From Bacteroidia bacterium (GTDB lineage Bacteria > Bacteroidota > Bacteroidia > NS11-12g > UBA9320), in assembly GCA_965216465.1 (NCBI GenBank), contig CBDCFW010000006.1, forward strand, positions 512,001 to 576,000: a stretch of DNA of 64,000 bases, in the 5' to 3' direction. A program made the position numbers and the translations under genes. Positions 57,831 through 64,000 of this stretch are shown piece by piece; position 1 is the stretch's first letter; the number at the start of each line of letters is the position of its first letter. Below the pieces are notes generated by a model. The model did no database searches and was not told the origin of the DNA. It was given only the letters and a program-made list of their open reading frames with translations.

Positions 57831-59690
57831 ATGGCTAAAATTTCGATTGATCTCAGCACCGGAACTGTAGAATCATCCAAAGCAGTAATTGGAATAGACC
57901 TAGGTACCACAAATAGTCTAATCGCTTCAATTAATTCAAATGATGGCCATCCCTATTGTCTTTCAAAAGATGAGCACAATATTGTACCCAGCGCGATTTA
58001 TTTTGGGTCTGATGGCGAGGGGGTGAAAGTAGGACGCTCAGCTATTGATATGCTGGTTAAAGAACCCGAAAACACCATTTACTCTGTAAAACGACTCATG
58101 GGGAAAAGTTATGCCGATATTGTAGCGAACGAACACGGTTATAATTTTGAAATCATTGATGAGGAAGATCGACTCGTTAAGGTAAAAATTAATGATAAAC
58201 TCTACACCCCTATTGAGTTATCATCATACATTTTAAAAGAACTTAAGCAAGTTGCTGAATTACAACTAAATCAGAAAATAAACAAGGTTGTAATTACCGT
58301 TCCGGCCTATTTTAATGATGCACAAAGACAGGCCACTCGTGATGCTGGAAAACTTGCAGGCTTGGATGTTCTCCGAATTATTAATGAGCCCACTGCAGCA
58401 AGTCTTGCCTATGGAATAGGAACTAATCAAGAAGAGCCTAAAACAGTTGCAGTTTATGATTTAGGAGGAGGTACTTTTGATATTTCAATCCTTAACATCC
58501 ACAATGGAATTTTTGAGGTACTTTCAACTAATGGAGACACCTATTTAGGCGGAGATGATATTGACAATGGAATTGTACAATTTTGGTCTAAATCGTTGAA
58601 TTTGAACGATTTGTCTAAAACCGATAGGCAATCAATTCGATTGCTTGCAGAGCGAGCTAAAAAAGCTCTAAGTACTTCAGAAAACTTTAGTGAATCTTGT
58701 TCAATTGGAGGGAACACGCATCAATTCATTCTTGACCGAAAGCAACTTTTAGATATAATTCAGCCTCTTATTAATAAGACCATGGAGTGCTGTTCAAACG
58801 CATTACAAGACGCAGAGTTGAGCCAATCAGATATTGATGAAGTTGTGCTGGTTGGAGGCAGTACTAGAACTTTAGCAATTAAGGAAGCTGTATCAACATA
58901 CTTTAGCTCATCGAAGATAAATGACCAACTTAACCCTGATGAAGTGGTTGCTCTCGGAGCTGCAATTGAAGCAGACATTCTTGCTGGAAACAGAAAAGAC
59001 ATGTTACTTTTAGATGTAACACCTCTGTCTTTAGGAATAGAAACTTTGGGTGGTTTAATGGATGTGTTAATTCCAAGAAATAACAAAATTCCTGCTAAAC
59101 TTAAAAAGCAATACACAACTTCTGTAGATGGTCAAGTTAATCTCTTGATTAATGTTTTTCAAGGTGAACGAGAGATGGTCGCCGACAACCGTAAGCTCGG
59201 TGAGTTTATTCTAGAAGGCATTCCTGCCATGCCTGCAGGACTGCCAAAAGTTGAAGTTAGTTTTATGTTGAATGCCGACGGAATTCTTCAAGTCAGCGCA
59301 GAAGAATTAAGATCTGGAGTTAAGCAAAATGTTCAGATGAAACCTCAATATGGCATTACCGATGCCGAGATTCAGACTATGCTAACAGATAGCATTAAAT
59401 TCGCTCAAGAAGATATGGATCGTAGATCATGGGCAGAAACTGAAACAGAGGCTAACCAGCTTATTTATGCGACCAATAAGTTTCTAACCGAAAATAAATC
59501 GCTGATTGAAAAAGATGATGAAGCCCGAATCTTAGACCACATATCAAGTTTAAAATCTGCAATTGATGCTAAAAACCAAGATTTGGTCGTTAAAGAGACG
59601 GATGCCTTAAACAACACCACTAGGAAATATGCCGAAATGGTGATGGATGCTTCGATTGCTAAGGCATTGCAAGGCAAGAAAATAGAATGA
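57831..59690 (+). CDS. hscA: Fe-S protein assembly chaperone HscA (Hsp70 family)
   Basis: GIDLGTTNSL, RQATRDAG, DEVVALGAA, IPAMPAG and the Bacteroidota MAKISI N-terminus; lacks a DnaK-type C-terminal tail. Confidence 0.85.
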   Translation: MAKISIDLSTGTVESSKAVIGIDLGTTNSLIASINSNDGHPYCLSKDEHNIVPSAIYFGSDGEGVKVGRSAIDMLVKEPENTIYSVKRLMGKSYADIVANEHGYNFEIIDEEDRLVKVKINDKLYTPIELSSYILKELKQVAELQLNQKINKVVITVPAYFNDAQRQATRDAGKLAGLDVLRIINEPTAASLAYGIGTNQEEPKTVAVYDLGGGTFDISILNIHNGIFEVLSTNGDTYLGGDDIDNGIVQFWSKSLNLNDLSKTDRQSIRLLAERAKKALSTSENFSESCSIGGNTHQFILDRKQLLDIIQPLINKTMECCSNALQDAELSQSDIDEVVLVGGSTRTLAIKEAVSTYFSSSKINDQLNPDEVVALGAAIEADILAGNRKDMLLLDVTPLSLGIETLGGLMDVLIPRNNKIPAKLKKQYTTSVDGQVNLLINVFQGEREMVADNRKLGEFILEGIPAMPAGLPKVEVSFMLNADGILQVSAEELRSGVKQNVQMKPQYGITDAEIQTMLTDSIKFAQEDMDRRSWAETETEANQLIYATNKFLTENKSLIEKDDEARILDHISSLKSAIDAKNQDLVVKETDALNNTTRKYAEMVMDASIAKALQGKKIE

Positions 59691-60301
59691 AGAAAACTGC
59701 ATTATTCATATTACTCGTACTAAGTGGATTGGTTCAAGCGCAAAATGAATCGGATGTACATAAAATTGGCATAAAGACAAGCATCAATCTATCGCAGCTT
59801 AGAGGTAGTGAATTGCAGAACCCTTCGATTAAATTTGGTTATACCGCAGGAGCATATTACCAATTTACGATTAACGAGAACTTGTTTCTTCATTCTGAAT
59901 TCCTGGGTAATTTTCAAGGCTCGAATTTTGATAATGCAGACGACGAATATTCTCGAATTTCATTATTCTATCTAGATTTTCCGGTTTTATTGGGTTTTAA
60001 TCTCGATGAAGATAAGAAGCATCAAGTCTATCTTGGACCTTACGGCTCGTACCTAGGTCTATCTTCTATGTTTATTGGCGGAAAGCGCAAGGCAGAGCAG
60101 AACGACCTTGATCTCTTGCCATTTGATTACGGAGGGGCACTGTACTATCAATTGAACGGAAAGTTCATGGCTTTTCAAATTGGTGTAAAAGCTGGCATGC
60201 TTGACATCAATAACGGGATTAACTTTGCAAATATTAATCCTCCAACAGGCAATAACGGCTCGATTCAAAATATTAGTCTAGAGCTCGGGATGCTTTTCTA
60301 A
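59687..60301 (+). CDS. outer-membrane beta-barrel (PorT/porin-like) protein
   Basis: Signal peptide AQ, alternating beta strands, YLDFPVL, C-terminal F. Confidence 0.72.
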   Translation: MKKTALFILLVLSGLVQAQNESDVHKIGIKTSINLSQLRGSELQNPSIKFGYTAGAYYQFTINENLFLHSEFLGNFQGSNFDNADDEYSRISLFYLDFPVLLGFNLDEDKKHQVYLGPYGSYLGLSSMFIGGKRKAEQNDLDLLPFDYGGALYYQLNGKFMAFQIGVKAGMLDINNGINFANINPPTGNNGSIQNISLELGMLF

Positions 60302-60302
60302 T

Positions 60303-61193
60303 TTGAAAAAAGTTTTTCTATATCTCGTGGCAGCAATACCTCTGATTATTGTTGCAGGTAGCTACACTGAGTTTAGCCAACAAGAAGAAAAGCTTAACAA
60401 GTCTTATCAGGTTCATCCAGTACCCATTCCAGAACAACTGGCATTCGCTGGAGAAGAAGTTCCCATAGAAAAATTTGAGGTTAAAGAACGCTTAGATCGT
60501 GAGTTATTAGTAAACACCTATTGGCAAAGCAATACCATGCTCATTTTAAAGCGTACCCGAAAATACTTCACCATAATTGAGCCCATACTAAAAGAAAACA
60601 ACATTCCAGACGACTTTAAGTACTTAGCCGTAGTTGAAAGTGGATTGCAGCATCTAACCTCACCAGCTGGGGCAAAAGGAATTTGGCAATTCATGCCGGC
60701 AACGGGAAAATCATATGGTTTAGAGATAAACCAAGATGTAGACGAACGTTATCATCTTGAAAAAAGCACAGAAGCGGCGTGTAAATACTTCAAAAAGGCA
60801 TACAATCAATTTGGGAATTGGACCCTTGTTGCAGCTTCTTTCAATAGAGGAATGAATGGCATTAATTATGATTTATCAAAGCAATCAGTTAACAACTACT
60901 ACGACCTTCATTTAAACTCAGAGACTTCTCGATACATGCTTCGAATTCTGGCGTTTAAAACGATCGTTGAGCACCCTGAGTCATACGGCTTCCATTTAGA
61001 GGAGAAAGACTATTACAGAAGCCCGAAAACGGTTTTAACAACAATTGAGAAGGATGTGCCCAACATCTCAAACTATGCCAAGTCAATTGGCTCAAATTAC
61101 CATGTGATTAAAAGTTTGAATCCATGGATTAAAGGCAACCGTTTGCTGGTTCGTTCAAAAACGTATCAAATAAAAACCCCGCTAAGAAATTAG
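60303..61193 (+). CDS. lytic transglycosylase (MltD-like SLT domain)
   Basis: YLAVVESGL, GIWQFMPAT, DERYH, ETSRY, LNPW. Confidence 0.9.
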   Translation: MKKVFLYLVAAIPLIIVAGSYTEFSQQEEKLNKSYQVHPVPIPEQLAFAGEEVPIEKFEVKERLDRELLVNTYWQSNTMLILKRTRKYFTIIEPILKENNIPDDFKYLAVVESGLQHLTSPAGAKGIWQFMPATGKSYGLEINQDVDERYHLEKSTEAACKYFKKAYNQFGNWTLVAASFNRGMNGINYDLSKQSVNNYYDLHLNSETSRYMLRILAFKTIVEHPESYGFHLEEKDYYRSPKTVLTTIEKDVPNISNYAKSIGSNYHVIKSLNPWIKGNRLLVRSKTYQIKTPLRN

Positions 61194-61200
61194 CAGGGCT
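61172..61200 (-). terminator. intrinsic terminator of the DUF2795 gene
   Basis: Minus strand GCCCTGCTAA-TTTC-TTAGCGGGGT-TTTT. Confidence 0.6.
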
Positions 61201-61223
61201 CTATAAAAGTATCTTGATAAAGA

Positions 61224-61445
61224 TTACAGTTCGTCTTGATTGAAAAAGTAATCGTCTGTTGATGGGTATTCAGACCATATCTCTTCGATAGTCTCGAATG
61301 GCTCTCCATCATCTTCTAACTCCTGAAGGTTTTCAACAACTTCAAGTGGTGCTCCAGTTCTAATGGCGAAATCTATTAATTCGTCTTTTGTAGCTGGCCA
61401 AGGTGCGTCATCTAAGTAAGATGCTAATTCTAATGTCCAATACAT
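61224..61445 (-). CDS. DUF2795-family protein
   Basis: MYWTLELAS.L.DAPWPATKDELID, highly conserved in Bacteroidota. Confidence 0.92.
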   Translation of the reverse strand: MYWTLELASYLDDAPWPATKDELIDFAIRTGAPLEVVENLQELEDDGEPFETIEEIWSEYPSTDDYFFNQDEL

Positions 61446-61586
61446 ATTATCGCTGTTTAATTTTGTTTTATCCGGTTAGTAACTTCCCAACAATTCAAAC
61501 CCCGCTTAGTTAGCGCGAAAATAGAATTTTAAATCATTTATGCAACTTCCTTGACTAAATAAATTTACATGGCTCTAAAAAGCTGA

Positions 61587-62321
61587 TTACCTGCTAGATA
61601 GGGCATATAGTAGCACTCCAGCTGCCACCGAAACGTTCAGCGAATCGATGTTTGAGCTCATTGGTATCCTCACAGTTTGATCCATAAGAGCCAATCTCTC
61701 TCTCGATAAGCCTTTATCTTCATTGCCCATCCACAGTACCCAAGAGTCCTGGTCGGCAAATGAAGCTTTATTCAAATCGAGCTCTGATTTTTCGGTTGCT
61801 GCTATTTGAGTAAGTCCCCAACTCTTCAAATAATTGAGGGTATTAGCTAAGCTACTAACACGTGCAACGGGCAGTTTTAGCAGAGCTCCTGCTGATGACT
61901 TTACAGCACCCTCTCCTATTTCCGCATTGGCTTTCACACCAACTATAAGCAAGTCGACATCGAATGCTAAACAGCTCCTAGAAATCGCACCAATATTGCG
62001 AACATCTTGAATTCCATCAGCAACCACAATTTTAGGAGGTTTGCCTTCTTCATAAAAACGAGTTATGGTCTCTTCAAGAGGAACAAACTCAATGGGAGAC
62101 TTTATTGCAATTACTCCTTGATGATTAGCTCGCGTGATACGGTTGAGCTTTTCAACCGGAACCATTTGAAATGGAGTTTCCTTCTTTTTAGCTAGCTGTC
62201 TAAGTATTCCAACTTTCTGCTTGTCTGCAGACTTGTTGATATAAACTTTGGCCACGGTTATATCACTTTCAAGCAGTTCTTCAACTGCATGAAATCCTAT
62301 AACCAATCCTGACTTTCCCAC
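61587..62321 (-). CDS. rlmB: 23S rRNA (guanosine2251-2'-O)-methyltransferase RlmB
   Basis: NHQGVIA, DVRNIGAI.RS, MGNEDKGL, SLNVSVAAG SPOUT motifs. Confidence 0.85.
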   Translation of the reverse strand: MGKSGLVIGFHAVEELLESDITVAKVYINKSADKQKVGILRQLAKKKETPFQMVPVEKLNRITRANHQGVIAIKSPIEFVPLEETITRFYEEGKPPKIVVADGIQDVRNIGAISRSCLAFDVDLLIVGVKANAEIGEGAVKSSAGALLKLPVARVSSLANTLNYLKSWGLTQIAATEKSELDLNKASFADQDSWVLWMGNEDKGLSRERLALMDQTVRIPMSSNIDSLNVSVAAGVLLYALSSR

Positions 62322-62327
62322 TTAGAT

Positions 62328-64000
62328 TTAAATTCCGGTACTCAGTTGATTGAAGAGTGCTTCGTACTCTTTCGCAATATCTTCACGTTTGTACTGTCTT
62401 GCGAGCGGTGCAACGTTTCTAAGAATCTCTAAGTTTTCTCTCAGTTCCGCATCAACAACAGAACCAGGAATACCACTTCTCTTGAAACGCTTGAAGTAAC
62501 GAATCAAATCCGCTGCTTCATCCGCAACTTCAGTAATCATCTGATCACCTTTTTCAGTTTGTTCCGCTTTATAGTAAACATCCGCACTTGCTGCTTTTAG
62601 TCTCAAGTTCATTGGAAGAATTGATTCAGGCATCGCTCTGAAACATTCGTCAACTAAAGCAACTGCTGTATCAGACTCTCCATTTCTTGAGTAGAAGTCA
62701 GCAATCTGAACAAACAATGATCTTAGATTTTGAGGAACCAATTTGGCTTTGTCATCTAAGAACAACTCCCCTTTCTCCATTCCTCCCCACTCATAATCTT
62801 CCATTAAACGCTTGTAAAGCAATTCCATATCATCCATTCCACGGAATCTTCTGTTTGCTTCTATTGGAAGTAATTGGTAGGTTAATCCGTTATTTCTTAA
62901 GTACTTGTCAAGATTTAGGTACACTGACGAACCGGTTGTGGTAGTCCAATAAATAGGTCTTTTCCAACCTTGCTTAGCATTGGTAGCAATAATATCTAAA
63001 ACAACAATGTCTCCTTTGCTTAGTCCATTCTTTCCGATGTTCCATTCTAATCTATCAACAATTTTACCGGTATCTTTTGCAGGAACAAATCCAGAGGCAA
63101 TTACCGCTTCTTTGTCTACATTTACTCTGAAGTTTTTAACTGGGAAGTAGTTGCTAGGGCCATTTCTTCCAGCTACCATTTTAGACGGCTCATCTGAAGT
63201 CATGTAATCTAAAACTTCATCTAAATTATAGTGTCTCGACAAATCGAACTTCTTGGTATCGTAATACCTGATGTAGTCACGCTTACCTGCAACCAGCTTT
63301 TCAGCAGGAATGCTCATTGGAAGTGGTTCTGATTCGAACACCTGCTTACGCAACGCACTTGAATACCACTCGGTAGGCAATAGACTTAAGTTAATAATTC
63401 TAACATCTGACCTATAGCCTTCTACGTTTTGAGCATACCACAACGGATAAGTATCATTATCACCATTGGTAAAGAGAATGGCATTTTCTTCACAGCTATT
63501 TAAATAGTTCTTGGCAAATGAAATTGCCAATTGTCTATCTGAACGATCGTGATCGTCCCAGTTTTGAGAACCCATCAACACAGGTGCTGCAAGTAGGGCC
63601 AAGATGGTGGCACCAACTGCTGCGGTTGATTTGTTAATATACCTTTTCACCATGTCAACGATGGCAAGTACACTCAATCCAATCCAAATACAGAATGTCT
63701 GGAAAGATCCCGCAAACGTGTAATCACGTTCTCTTGGTTCCATAGGAGGCTGATTTAAATAAACAATAACCAACAGACCAGTAAAGATGAACATTACCAA
63801 TACGCTGTAGAAATCCATTTTTCCTTTTTTATACTGGATAAATATTCCTAAGAGGCCTAAAATAAATGGCAAGAAATAATATGTGTTTCTAGCTTTATTG
63901 TGCATCAATGATGCAGGTATATTATCTTGAGGTCCAAGTCGGGATTGATCTATAAATGAAATTCCACTTAACCAGTTGCCCTCAAGTGGGTTTCCGTTAA
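62328..64000 (-). CDS. DUF2723 (TMEM260-like) membrane glycosyltransferase, 5' part outside window
   Basis: PRERDY, WDDHDRS, FTNGDNDTYPLWY; the frame stays open to the window edge (GNWLSGI..ID..RLGPQ). Confidence 0.9.
   Translation of the reverse strand, partial: NGNPLEGNWLSGISFIDQSRLGPQDNIPASLMHNKARNTYYFLPFILGLLGIFIQYKKGKMDFYSVLVMFIFTGLLVIVYLNQPPMEPRERDYTFAGSFQTFCIWIGLSVLAIVDMVKRYINKSTAAVGATILALLAAPVLMGSQNWDDHDRSDRQLAISFAKNYLNSCEENAILFTNGDNDTYPLWYAQNVEGYRSDVRIINLSLLPTEWYSSALRKQVFESEPLPMSIPAEKLVAGKRDYIRYYDTKKFDLSRHYNLDEVLDYMTSDEPSKMVAGRNGPSNYFPVKNFRVNVDKEAVIASGFVPAKDTGKIVDRLEWNIGKNGLSKGDIVVLDIIATNAKQGWKRPIYWTTTTGSSVYLNLDKYLRNNGLTYQLLPIEANRRFRGMDDMELLYKRLMEDYEWGGMEKGELFLDDKAKLVPQNLRSLFVQIADFYSRNGESDTAVALVDECFRAMPESILPMNLRLKAASADVYYKAEQTEKGDQMITEVADEAADLIRYFKRFKRSGIPGSVVDAELRENLEILRNVAPLARQYKREDIAKEYEALFNQLSTGI

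Noticed and set aside
57831-59690. dnaK
   Set aside because: Sequence features (RQATRDAG, DEVVALGAA, PAMPAG, short C-terminus) fit HscA better.
849-62944. Numerous 60-170-aa ORFs antisense to or nested within long genes
   Set aside because: They are shadow ORFs of well-supported genes and have no recognisable motifs.

Overview
This is a 64-kb chromosomal window from a Bacteroidota bacterium, judged by TAnnTTTG -7 promoters, type IX secretion (T9SS) cargo proteins, gldAFG, DUF2723, DUF4271 and glutamine synthetase III. Most of 18.3-64 kb is core genome: asmA-like, hemW, hemD, gldA-gldF-gldG, tyrS, polA, lpxH, prfA, GSIII, a PorE-like OmpA protein, purM, rlmN, hscA and rlmB. The left end carries hppD followed by the lower meta-cleavage genes (mhpD, mhpF and a truncated mhpE). 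An accessory-looking block (4.4-18.1 kb) lies downstream of a minus-strand tRNA-Val(TAC). It holds a di-heme peroxidase with a monoheme partner, an orphan sensor kinase, a TonB receptor with a divergent MntR/DtxR gene and a clear operator, a CX4CH cytochrome, a frameshifted secreted-protein gene and a 1041-aa T9SS surface protein. The most unusual signal is a polarised array of ~125-bp hairpin-rich units next to the tRNA-Val 3' end. Each unit looks like an inverted mirror of the tRNA's own 3'-end/terminator module. The copies nearest the tRNA are identical and farther copies decay, and one more degenerate copy sits on the far side of the T9SS gene, so that gene is bracketed like a cassette. 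No integrase, transposase or cas gene is visible in the window. Other points of interest are a candidate sRNA/22-aa sORF unit, a probably inactive retropepsin-like domain fused to the PorE-like protein, and several operator and sigma54-like motifs. All calls come from reading motifs by eye; no database searches were run.
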